A stretch of 62,926 bases of DNA, the filler included, from Octopus bimaculoides (taxonomy: Eukaryota): the NCBI RefSeq assembly GCF_001194135.2. It is 4 parts of 4 records of this genome, joined end to end, with 100 filler letters (N's around TTAATTAATTAA, not from the genome) between each part and the next. Parts side by side here need not be neighbours in the genome. Positions count along the whole stretch, not along the records: positions 42,805 to 52,759 come from NC_068985.1; positions 52,860 to 62,926 come from NC_068982.1; 2 more parts are not named here. One strand, written 5' to 3'. The notes under the pieces were generated by a model. That model ran no database searches and had not been told where the DNA came from. It saw only the letters and a program-made list of their open reading frames with translations. Positions 51,702 to 62,926 of this stretch are shown in pieces (position 1 is the first letter of the stretch; each line of letters begins with the position of its first letter). Made by a program: the position numbers and the translations under genes.

Positions 51702-53742
51702 GTCTAAAGTATTCCAACCCAGTCACGTAGGTGGTGTGCGTGTCGCACGTAAAAGTGTTTGAGTTTGCTGCGTACCCCCGGGCCTCCACAGGCACATATA
51801 GCAGACCCAAGAGTGTCACACTCATAAAAGCGTTGCCCCTGGGGACAGACCGACACATTCACCCCTCTTAGCTACACTACTGCTCCATCCGTGGCCATCC
51901 AGTCGTTTGTGCATCTGAAATACATGGTACAATCTATCTTTCCTCTTTTTTAAAACGGTAGGTTGTGACTCAACAGTCGTGTGGTTATTGTTTCTAGCAG
52001 ATCGGCCGGTCACACAAACATTTGCTTCCCGGCTCGATGCGGCGTAGTGTTAGGTTCAGTAACATTGGACGCATGCCGGCACCATTATTAATAAGGCATC
52101 ACAGAAACCAAAATAATTCTTTCTGTTTCTGGCAGAGCAGCCGAGACTCCACCATCCACCCTCCTTCCCAGTTCACACCACCCTCGCCTACACTTCCATA
52201 TCAATGCCAAACATAAAAGATGGCTACACACCCCCGTCTCACAACCACATACACACACACACACACAGGTACACACGACACACTTACATGAATAACTAAC
52301 ATGGAAGTAGGAAAAGATACCGAGTTCTTTTTTTTTATGTGTGTGTGTGTGTGTGTGAAGAATAATGTCCTTCTAAAAAAAATGGCAGCTATTATCCTAC
52401 ACGCTCATTCTGCTACCTGAAATATTTGCGCATGTACCATCCCAATACGCACGAACCACTTTCTCTCCCACTCTCCCTCTCTCGCTCAATCTTTCACTCT
52501 CTCTCCCTCTGTCAGTTTGTCCATCTGTCTGTCTCTCTTTTTCTCTCTCGCTCAATCTGTTACTTTCTTACTCTCTCCGTCTATCTCTCTGTCTGCCTGC
52601 CTGTCTGTCTTTCTCTCTCGCTCAATCTTTCACACTCTTTCTCTCTCTGTCTCTGTCTCTCGGTCTGCTTGCCTGTCTGTCTATCTCGTACTCTCTCTTT
52701 CTTTCTCTCTCGCTCAATCTTTCACTCTCCTTCTCTCTCCCTCTGCCTGCCTGCCTGCCNNNNNNNNNNNNNNNNNNNNNNNNNNNNNNNNNNNNNNNNN
52801 NNNTTAATTAATTAANNNNNNNNNNNNNNNNNNNNNNNNNNNNNNNNNNNNNNNNNNNNATATATATATATATATATATATACATATATTGATTTTTTTC
52901 TCTCCATACGACTATCCATAACCTGAAAGAGACGGGCTTGTGCTGGAGGCGTGCGAAGCTCTAAGTCGCACTCTTTTAAACAATATATATGTGTGCATCT
53001 GTGTGTGTGTATTTGTGTGTGTGCGTCTGTGTCTGTGTGTGTCTGTCTGCCTGTGTGTGTATGTGGTGCGAGCGGTGTGTGCATTATTCTATGCGCAGAA
53101 ATTAGGATGCTGAAGCTGCACCGACGCCTTTACTACCAGAATTCAAAGTTTTCGGAAAATGGTCTGCAGCCACATGAAAGTTAAGTATATGAGTTTGGTG
53201 GAATACATTGCAGTGAAGGAAAAAATACTTACAATTTTATCCCGTAATGGTAGGTGATGTAAAGTGAAACAGCTTGTATGGCATAGTTTCCTATTGTTGA
53301 ATCTTATGTTCCTTTGTGATGCATAAACGAAGGCATTACCAAAAAATAATAACGATGCGTATACTAAAAATCATTTGTTTACTTACGGAAGATACACTTC
53401 TAAAGTTCTTGTAAGAACCATTATTAACAGCGGACTATGTGAAGATTCTACCAGAATTAGCCAAGTTCGTAAAATTATGTGATGGCTGTAGATATACTCT
53501 TGTACCGTGTGAGCCAAGCTTTTTCGACGTTATCGATTACTATGCCAGAATGAACTTCGAAAAGAATGCATAAAGACGAACACTGTACAACTCTTTACTA
53601 GACAACTTACATTCGTATATGCACGCAATCATGCCCATACCTAAATGAAAATATATACATATACATATATATAACGCTGGTTGTAAAGTGGTGGTGGAGA
53701 AAACAGGCACAAAGGCACACATACTCACACACACACACACAC

Positions 53743-53790
<48 letters not shown>

Positions 53791-54386
53791 NNNNNNNNNN
53801 NNNNNNNNNNNNNNNNNNNNNNNNNNNNNNNNNNNNNNNNNNNNNNNNNNNNNNNNNNNNNNNNNNNNNNNNNNNNNNNNNNNNNNNNNNNNNNNNNNNN
53901 NNNNNNNNNNNNNNNNNNNNNNNNNNNNNNNNNNNNNNNNNNNTATAAACGATGGGCTTTTTCACTTCACCAGCTCCACTCACAAGGCCAAGGTCGGCCC
54001 TATGACTATAGCAAAAGACACTTGTCGAAGGTGTCACACAGTGAGACGGAACGCAGAACTATGCGGTCGAGAAGTAAGCTTCTTACCACACACTCATGTG
54101 TGTGTGTGTGTTTGTGTATGTGTGTGTGTGTATCAAAGGGAAGAGAGAGAAAAAGAGCTTTAGACACGATATTTCAGTACTAAACATTTAAATTCTTTTA
54201 TAGATTTTTTATGAGAACATTAATAGTGATTTATTTCATCTTAAATGCTTTGTATTTAGGAAGGTTAAGTAGTGATTTGAAGTCCATTAGTATTTTGCAG
54301 ATTCAATTGAACATTAATTAATTGAAAAAGTTATGGTAAATACACATAACATTATACAACGTTATAAACACATACACATATTTATA

Positions 54387-54417
<31 letters not shown>

Positions 54418-55094
54418 ATTTCTGTATTATGACTAGAATCTAATGCGTCATAAAATCTAGTTCTTTGTATTCCCTTACGAAATATTCCTGGCAAAAATAT
54501 AGACCTTATATTAATGTTAGTTAAACCTAATAGAAGAAAAGAGCAATTTTTTTAGATGCCTAAAGACCAATTTTATCAAACGACAAGTTAACTCTTCATT
54601 TCTATCTATATTCTACTACACTTATGATGGAGAAATGAACGAGTCTATATGCTTTAGCCAAACCAACAAGAAACATTTAAATCACAACTTATCTTCTTCA
54701 AAATAGGAAAACGAAATTGGTTATTATAGTCTGAGATAACCCTATTTTGTGTACATAATAATAGTATGTCACAGCGAGTTTTTTTTTTTTTTTACTGTTT
54801 GTCTACATGGTCAGAATTGAATCTGAGTTGAATGGCGATCATCAACTTTATAACTGATACATACTTAATAACGGATACAAAAATTCATCTATAGAAAACG
54901 AGGAGCACATTCGTTCGACCTACTAGAGATAGCAGTTAAATCTTCTTCAAATTACTCTCCACAATGTTTTCAAACGGCTCACATAGTTTAATGTACTCCT
55001 AGATATATAATACCTTAATAGAAGCTAGATTGATCGAGTTCTAAGTGTCTTTGATGATAGGCTAGCTTTTCGACTAGATTTAACCTGGTGTTGT

Positions 55095-55480
55095 GGGGGC
55101 GCAATGACCCAGTGGTTAGGGCAGCGGACTCGTGGTCATAGGATCGCGGTTTCGATTCCCAGACCAGGCGTTGTGAGTGTTTATTGAGCGAAAACACCTA
55201 AAGCTCCACGAGGCTCCGGCAGGGGATGGTGACGAACCCTGCTGTACTCGTCCACCACAGCTTTCTCTCCCTCTTACTTCCTGTTTCTGTTGTGCCTGTA
55301 ATTCAAAGGGTCAGCCTTGTCACACTTTGTGTCACGCTGAATATCCCCGAGAACTACGTTAAGGGTACACGTATCTGTGGAGTGCTCATCCACTTGCACG
55401 TTAATTTCACGAGCAGGCTGTTCCGTTGATCGGATCAACTGGAACCCTCGACGTCGTAAGCGACAGAGTGCCAACAACAA
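55095..55480 (+). mobile_element. SINE family C-related copy
   Basis: It has a tRNA-like head and shares body sequence (gtcacgctgaatatccccgagaactacgttaagg) with 49440-49745. Confidence 0.75.
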
Positions 55481-56332
55481 CCTGGTGTTAAACATCAGCA
55501 TCTAATGCAAAATATTTCTGTCGTACAAAGCAACTCATTAGATATTCAGGAGACTAGAAGTGACAATGTATGATATATTTGCCGCTTTCATTGGTGATTT
55601 AGGGAGAAGGAATGAACAGAAATGCCTATAACCATGTAATAAAATTGAATCAACATCTGGCCTTACACCATACCGAAAGTAGAAGTTTTGTAATTCAATG
55701 TACGTACTAGATATAATCGATTATAAATTGATTATTCCAGGTGATAACTGGAACAACTCTGTTATCTCTATATTTTCCATTCATTGCTTAAAGCCATCGT
55801 TCGATTAACATAGTATTTTATTGTTTTCACAATCAAACACTATAATCAATACACTCGATACTTTTTCATGTTTCCGTCGTTAATTGTCGATTTAATGTTT
55901 ACTTGTCGGAAATAATGACGATGAAGATACACGCATGGAAAGACGGTGAATTGAGAAGTAGTAGTATAAGGAGGATTGGATAGTATATATCACTGTTCAA
56001 TCCAAATCCATTTTGCCATTTGACTAAGATAACAGTTTATCTGAAGCACTTAGGTATCATTTGTCGTTTACTTATATCAGTCATTGGGCTGCACACAAAT
56101 CAACCATGTACTTATAGGTTTTTTTTTTTAATCCGGTACTTACTCTAACGATCACTTTTGCCGAATCTCTATGTTACAGGGACGTTAACAAACCAAAACC
56201 AGCTGTGTGACACACACACACATTCACACACATACACACATATTCACACGCACATCAAATACACACACATATACATACATACATACATACATACATACAT
56301 ACATACATACATACATACATGCATACATACAT

Positions 56333-56383
<51 letters not shown>

Positions 56384-57045
56384 TGCGACGAGATTTCACA
56401 ATTTCCGTCTAGCAAATTCTCTCTCAAGGCTTTGGTTGGCCCGAGATTATAGAAGACACATGCCCATGGTGCCGCACAGTGTGGGAATTCGAAACCATAA
56501 GGGTGCATAGGGAGCTTCTTAATCACAGAGCTATGCTTGCCCCTTATTAGGACCAAAAGATTTATGTGTATTTCAATATTGATATTGGTATATTGATATT
56601 GGTATTTTCCGTATATTTAACATGTTAAGATATACGCATAATTATGGTTGTGCATTATTCATCAAACACTGAATGTTTCGGTAACATTAAGACATACATA
56701 AATTTGAATAAAATTCAATTAGTCAATCTTAATTTACATAAAATTACAAGTGTTGGCGACGTGAATTAATTAATTAATTAGTGGAAGCAATAAATACGTT
56801 ATGGCAAATAGAGATGTAAGATAGACTTACGAGAATTTGTATAAATACATTAGCACTCTCTCTGTCGCCAGGAAAGTAAGTAACCAATATTTAGGAAACA
56901 GTAACAAATATATCCGTGACTACTTTGAAAAAATGAAGAGTTATTTGCACAAACGTGTCTATAGTTGAAAGTATTTTGAATGTATATTTACTAGGAAAAA
57001 TCGTCTGCATTTAAGATAAATTTGCATATTTATCTTAATACTATG

Positions 57046-57425
57046 TAAAGTGGTAAGTAGCTTGCCTACCAACCACATGGTTCTGGGTTCAGTCCCACTG
57101 CGTGGCACTTTAGGCCGACCAAAGCCTTGTGAGTGGATTTGGTAGACGGAAAATGAAAGCCCGTCGTATATATGTATATATATATATATATGTATGTGTG
57201 TGTATGTGTTTGTGTGTCTGTGTTTGTCCCCTCAACATCACTCGACAACCGATACTGGTGTGTTTACGTCCCCGTAACTTAGCGGTTCGGCAAAGAGATC
57301 GATAGGATCAGTACTAGGCTTCCAAAGAATAAGTCCTGGGGTCGATTTGCGCGACTAAAGGCGGTTCTCCAGCATGGCCACAGTCAAATGACTGAAACAA
57401 GTAAAAGAGTAAAAGAGTAAAGAGT
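57046..57425 (+). mobile_element. SINE family A copy
   Basis: It has the same head, body and tail as 42323-42703. Confidence 0.85.
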
Positions 57426-57814
57426 ATATATATATATATACTCTTTACTCTTTTACTCTTTTACTTGTTTCAGTCATTTGACTGTGGCCATGCTGGAGAA
57501 CCGCCTTTAGNNNNNNNNNNNNNNNNNNNNNNNNNNNNNNNNNNNNNNNNNNNNNNNNNNNNNNNNNNNNNNNNNNNNNNNNNNNNNNNNNNNNNNNNNN
57601 NNNNNNNNNNNNNNNNNNNNNNNNNNNNNNNNNNNNNNNNNNNNNNNNNNNNNNNNNNNNNNNNNNNNNNNNNNNNNNNNNNNNNNNNNNNNNNNNNNNN
57701 NNNNNNNNNNNNNNNNNNNNNNNNNNNNNNNNNNNNNNNNNNNNNNNNNNNNNNNNNNNNNNNNNNNNNNNNNNNNNNNNNNNNNNNNNNNNNNNNNATA
57801 TATATATATATATA

Positions 57815-58407
57815 CGAGGGCAAATCAAAAATTACCCTCACTTTCGCCATAACATATCTTTATTCTTTTCACACTGCCTTCTGCGCTTGCGTGCGTATAG
57901 TTATCGTGGTATTATTTTTCTTTCTGGCTTTGCTTTGTAAGCAGGGCCATTCCACTAGCAATATGCATCAAAGAAGTGCAAAGAGCAGTGATCCGATTGG
58001 TTAATGGTTTCAAAGGTCTGGACTGCTGTGTGGTCGTGCATTGTTAGGCAATAACAAAACTTTCTTCGACAATAGGTGTCAGTGTTCGGTGCGAATTACT
58101 GGCTTCAGTTTGTTACCCAGTAAAGCGCGATATCTTGCACTGTTGATCGTACACACCTTCTCTGGCACCTGAAACACCTTCCAGACAGAGAAATCGGAAC
58201 ACTGCTCTTTGTTTTTCTTTAGTACACATTGCTAGTAGAGCAGCCATGCTTACACTGTAAAGTCAGAAAGAAAAATGGCGCGATCAGGCTCAAACTTCGA
58301 TCACGTAACCACAATAGTACTAACTATAAGCACGCGTGTGTAGAAGGCAGTGTGACAATAAAAAAGATATGTTATGGCGAAAGTGCAGGTAATTTTTGAC
58401 TCTCAAG
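57815..58407. mobile_element. Mariner-derived fold-back element with long inverted arms and transposase remnants
   Basis: TA|cgagggcaaatcaaaaattaccctcactttcgccataacatatc at the left end and its inverted counterpart at the right end, followed by TA. The minus strand gives MAALLAMCTKEKQRAVFRFLCLEGVSGA fused to TINSARYRALLGNKLKPVIR...LLSKKVLLLPNNARPH. Confidence 0.8.
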
Positions 58408-58502
<95 letters not shown>

Positions 58503-59028
58503 GCGTGGTTGTGTGGTAAAAGCTTGCTTCCCACCACATGGTTCCGAGTTCAGTCTCACTACGTGACACCTTGGGCAAGTGTCTTCTACTATAGCCTCGG
58601 GCACACAAAATACCTTATGGGTGGATTTGGTAGACGAAAACTGAAAGAAGTTTGTGTGTGTGTCTTTGTATCTGTGTTTGTCCTCCCACTATCGCTTGAC
58701 AACTGATGCTGGCGAGTTTACGTCCCCATAACTTAGTGGTCGCCAATATATATATTGATGGTGCGTGGCCGAGTGCTCAGGCTGTTGCACTCAGGGTTGC
58801 AAGATCGTGGATTCGATTCGCAGGCCGGGTGGTACGTTGTGTTCTTGAGAGAAACACTTCATATTACGTCACTCCAATTCCCTTTTCGATCAAGAGTGGG
58901 GAGGTAGAATATTGGCCTGCGTAACTAGCCAAAGGAGACGCATGAATGTCTAAAGTGATGCAAGGCGCATTGAGATCAGCAATGTCTAGCATCATCTAAT
59001 TGTCTAGTCAGTCGCGTGATTATGTATA

Positions 59029-59267
59029 CAGGGTGGCCCTAAAGTAGGTTTACAGTTATCACGTGGGCACTTTAAATTGCTTTTAAAACATTTTATTACA
59101 TTAACATTTCTATCTTACAAACTGGAAAGGGAGCTTGACAACATTAACTAAATTAGCATAGAGTAATGGTTTCATATGTTTTTATAGTTAAGATCTAAAC
59201 TCTTAATATATATATGAATGCGAAAGAGATAGTTGATTAAATGTAAACCTACTTTTGGGTCACCATA
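59029..59267. mobile_element. Tc1/mariner-type MITE
   Basis: TA|cagggtggccctaaagtaggtttaca ... tgtaaacctacttttgggtcaccata|TA, with ~27-bp TIRs. Confidence 0.75.
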
Positions 59268-59509
59268 TATGTACATATATATATATATATANNNNNNNNN
59301 NNNNNNNNNNNNNNNNNNNNNNNNNNNNNNNNNNNNNNNNNNNNNNNNNNNNNNNNNNNNNNNNNNNNNNNNNNNNNNNNNNNNNNNNNNNNNNNNNNNN
59401 NNNNNNNNNNNNNNNNNNNNNNNNNNNNNNNNNNNNNAGTAACTGCACGACAAGGTGAAGTATATTTGCCACTTAGGGGTCAGCCACATTTAAGTGGCAA
59501 ATATACTTC

Positions 59510-59545
<36 letters not shown>

Positions 59546-61124
59546 TGACAAAAGAACTAGTAATTACGTAATGAGCTTCATTAACGCACAGCTATTAGGT
59601 GCAATGCACTTAGAGGTAAGTACTTGTGCCTCACCTTATAGCTTCCTCGAGACCGTCCCAAAAGAAGTGCAACTTTATTTGGGAAAGCATTTATTTATGC
59701 AAAAAGGTTACTATCGAAAAATGTACAAATGCGTAACAAATTGAATACAACATTTGAAGGGAAAAATTCTACTCCCAGATATATGTAGATTTGGATAATT
59801 TTGTAGGTGTGTGTGTGTGTATGTTTGTATATATATAGGTTTTAAATTTTGGTACAAGCCCAGCCAGTTCGGTGGTAAGTTGATTGCATCGACCCAAGTA
59901 CTCAACTGTACTTATTCTATCGACCCCGAAAAGAGGACAAGCAAAGTCGACCTCGGCAGAATTTGAACTCAGAGCGAAGTTACGCTAAACATTTTCCCTA
60001 ACTTGCAAAGGTTTCTGCCAGCTCGCCTTATATTTACGTGCCTCATATTTACATGTGTGCGCGGGGTGGTGCATATATGTTTGTCGGTATATATATACAT
60101 ACATGCATATGTGTGTGTTATCTAAATATGTAGAAACATTCTGAATAAGTGAAGGGTTGTGATTTAATATACAAAACAAATATCTCGTGCATGATGCTAG
60201 CTATTATCGAGAGAAATCCTGAATTGCAATGGTAAATGAAACCCGAAAAAAAATACAGAACAATCTTTCTTATAAAATATATAGAAGTTAACTGAAGACG
60301 ACTTTTGGGCGATTGCTGTATTCTTTGAAATGGAGGCATGGAGATATAAAACGAATTTAATTTCCTGCTTAACGGAACGTATAACATTATTCAATTCACA
60401 ACAGAATGCAATACAGAGAATCTACCAACAACAGAATTGATGCAGACATAAAAATGGACAACCTCAAAGCAATATCTACTCTTTACTTTGTATCATACAA
60501 GCACACTATATCATATATTCATTTTAATTTAACAAAAAGTATAGTCACAATTTTGTCGGGACTAAATTCACGCGTTCAAGAAGTTGAGAGATACATAAAA
60601 TAGACATTGTCCACCATTCTTAATAGAGGAAAGGATGTAAACAAGCCAAGAAACCACACATCTGGATACTAAGATGTATATCGTGATACGAGTTGTGTGA
60701 TGAACAAGCCTAAAAGGGCAGAAGATAGACACCTCCCTGAGTGGCCAATCCCGCATCAAATTTCTCAAGCTTCACTTGAAAAGAAAAGTGAGGTAGGAAA
60801 GGGAAGTGATGCCTCACAGCAAGTTTGTTGGAAAGTGGCTGAGGGTGGCAAAGATGGTCCGAGTGGACGGGTTTTTTCTGAGTATGTGCTTGAAGATTAA
60901 TGGAGGTTTCATGAGGCTTCGTCGGATGTTTCCGCATTTTGGAGGATTATTTCTTGTTTGAATTTATAGTTTCTTTGTCGTTGTTTGACTTTTATGTTTA
61001 AAAATAGTAAGTTCACTTTGTATCTTATATTGTCCTTGAGTTTTTCTTCAGCCTTAGGGGTTAGTGAGGAAACATTTCCATTTCATTATTATCATTATTA
61101 TTATTATTATTATTATCATTAAGA

Positions 61125-61530
61125 AAGCGGCGAGCTGGCAAAATCGTTAGCACGCTGGACGAAATGCTTAGCGGTCGGTATTTTGTCCGACGCTACGTTC
61201 TGAGTTCAAATTCTGCCGAGGTCGACTTTGCCTCTCATCCTTTCGAGATTGATAAATTAAGTACCAGTGAAACACTGGAGTCGATATAATCGGCTAGTCC
61301 CCGCCCCACAAATTTCAGGCCTTATGCCTATAATAAGAAAGGATTATTATTATCATTAAGGCGGTGAGCTGGTAGAATCGTTAGCATGCCGGACAAAACA
61401 CTTAGCCGCATTTCACCCATCTTTATGTACTGAAATCAGCTTTGCTTTTCCTCCTTTCGGGGTCGATTAAATAAATACCAGTTGATCACTGGACACTATG
61501 TAATTGACTGACCCGCTCCCTTAAAATTGC
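61125..61530 (+). mobile_element. Two tandem copies of tRNA-derived SINE family B
   Basis: Head gcggcgagctggcaaaatcgttagcacg...ttctgagttcaaattctgccgaggtcgactttgcc. Approximate other copies: 20255-20420(-), 20805-20985(+), 30975-31170(-), 59860-59990(-). Confidence 0.8.
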
Positions 61531-61907
61531 TGGTCTTATGACATTTTTACCCAATATATTGAATGTCCAGTAACTTGCAGTAATGAGTTCAAATTCTGTC
61601 TAAAGTAAACAATATAGACATAGTAGAGATTATCTTCTTGTTTGGAGACAAACTTATTCCAAAACATAACGGCATCATTGCCAGTATATTCATGGTGACT
61701 GATAGAGAAGAAAAGATTTTTAAATAATTCAGCCCTCCTCTAGTTTCGATTTCCACATTGCTTAAATTTACACTACATCACAATTGCATTCTCAGATACA
61801 AACTTACAAATAAGTATATACAATACATATAGTATCTCAGTTTGTATGACAAACGCTAGCAAATGTTTATATGTACGCACGTATTCTACCACCATACATA
61901 CATATAT

Positions 61908-61960
<53 letters not shown>

Positions 61961-62021
61961 NNNNNNNNNNNNNNNNNNNNNNNNNNNNNNNNNNNNNNNN
62001 NNNNNNNNNNNNNNNNNNNNN

Positions 62022-62056
<35 letters not shown>

Positions 62057-62083
62057 AATGTAATATGTGACAATTATTCGGTA

Positions 62084-62154
62084 GCCATGATAAAACTCCA
62101 AGTTTCGGATGTCGGGCCGGAAACCCACGCCGGCATCTCTTCAGTTATCGGGCC
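62084..62154 (-). ncRNA. Type I hammerhead-like motif of the same family as the 44-kb motif
   Basis: The minus strand reads ggcccgataaCTGAAGAgatg...catccGAAActtggagtTttatcatggc. It shares the downstream flank taattgtcacatatta with the 44-kb copies. Confidence 0.5.
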
Positions 62155-62437
62155 ATCGAAAAAAAATGCTATGAAAATGAACGTTCAAATAAAGGAAAAT
62201 TACTGTGTAATTGATCGTTATTAAGAAAAAAGAGCTATTAGAATGACTGCTAAGTAAGGGGAGAAAGTAAAAATGTTCATAGTAATCGCGTAAGCGCGCA
62301 TGTCCATACATACACATGCGCACCCGCACACCCACGTACATGCGTCTATATTTATATACTCATCCACCCTCACTTGAAACACACACATGCTCACCCACAC
62401 GTTCGCCAAAAAAATATATATACATACTACATACACG

Positions 62438-62468
<31 letters not shown>

Positions 62469-62694
62469 GACGTGTGTATGAACCCTTTTTATGCACGCGT
62501 GTGTGTGTGCGAGCGTGTATGCGGGTATGTATCTATTTTTTGACGAATGTGTAGGTGAGCATGTGTGTGTTTCAAGTGAGGGTGGATGAGTATATAAATT
62601 TAGGCGCATGTACACGGGTATGCGGGCGCGTATGTGTATGTATAACGGTGAATCACACAGTAATTTCTTACCATTTCTATCAATATATATATAT

Positions 62695-62813
62695 ATTTAT
62701 ATAAGGACATTACTATACAATAATGCCTCACGCTATGAGTTTTTTATGGTAGTCTGACCTTAGAGTCCCTCATAGCGTGAGGCATTATTGTATAGTAATG
62801 CCCTTATATAAAT
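62695..62813. repeat. Near-perfect 45-bp-arm hairpin
   Basis: atttatataaggacattactatacaataatgcctcacgctatgag / ctcatagcgtgaggcattattgtatagtaatgcccttatataaat. Confidence 0.85.
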
Positions 62814-62926
62814 AAATATATATTTCGGGAATAAATGATGGATTTTTTCCCTTATGAGGTTTTTTTCACGCTAGCTACTTGATAAATTCTTGTAAAAGAA
62901 TTCATCCTATTATTGAATTTATATAT

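Noticed and set aside
60406-60937. Short ORFs with ordinary composition
   Set aside because: They have no recognisable motifs or consistent splice sites and are possibly an old TE remnant.
302-62615. The many ORFs rich in YI, CV, HT, SL, ER or X runs in the ORF track
   Set aside because: They are translations of (TA)n, (CA)n, (GA)n, (TAGA)n and similar microsatellites or of N-gaps, and show no coding signal.

Overview
This is AT-rich, microsatellite-dense, gapped eukaryotic genomic DNA. The tRNA-like SINE families and simple-repeat load point to a cephalopod (Octopus-like) genome; this assignment is an inference. Most of the ORF track is noise from simple repeats and N-gaps. The main hidden feature is a minus-strand micro-exon gene at about 0.6-20 kb, which the ORF track misses. 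It has 16 exons of exactly 30 nt, all symmetric phase 1-1 and all starting with A and ending with G, so every junction codon is Asp or Glu. They encode related acidic, Ser/Thr/Val-rich 10-aa modules (EIVTEKVTRT, ETRSEVESTV, DIVTQEERPR, EQPSEVDATV). The modules sit in tandemly duplicated multi-exon cassettes and end in a 53-nt exon (VSSTLMENDECAAKWFG*). A plus-strand 1.27-kb terminal coding exon at 38.2-39.5 kb encodes an NHL/beta-propeller-like domain with poly-Asn inserts. The rest is decayed mobile DNA: Tx1/L1-like, HERO-like, Dong/R4-like, RTE-like and Penelope-like retroelements, mariner- and hAT-type MITEs, fold-back elements and many SINEs. It also holds hammerhead-ribozyme-like motifs, including an inverted twin in one hairpin at 44 kb. 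All coordinates were read by eye, and repeat boundaries are approximate.
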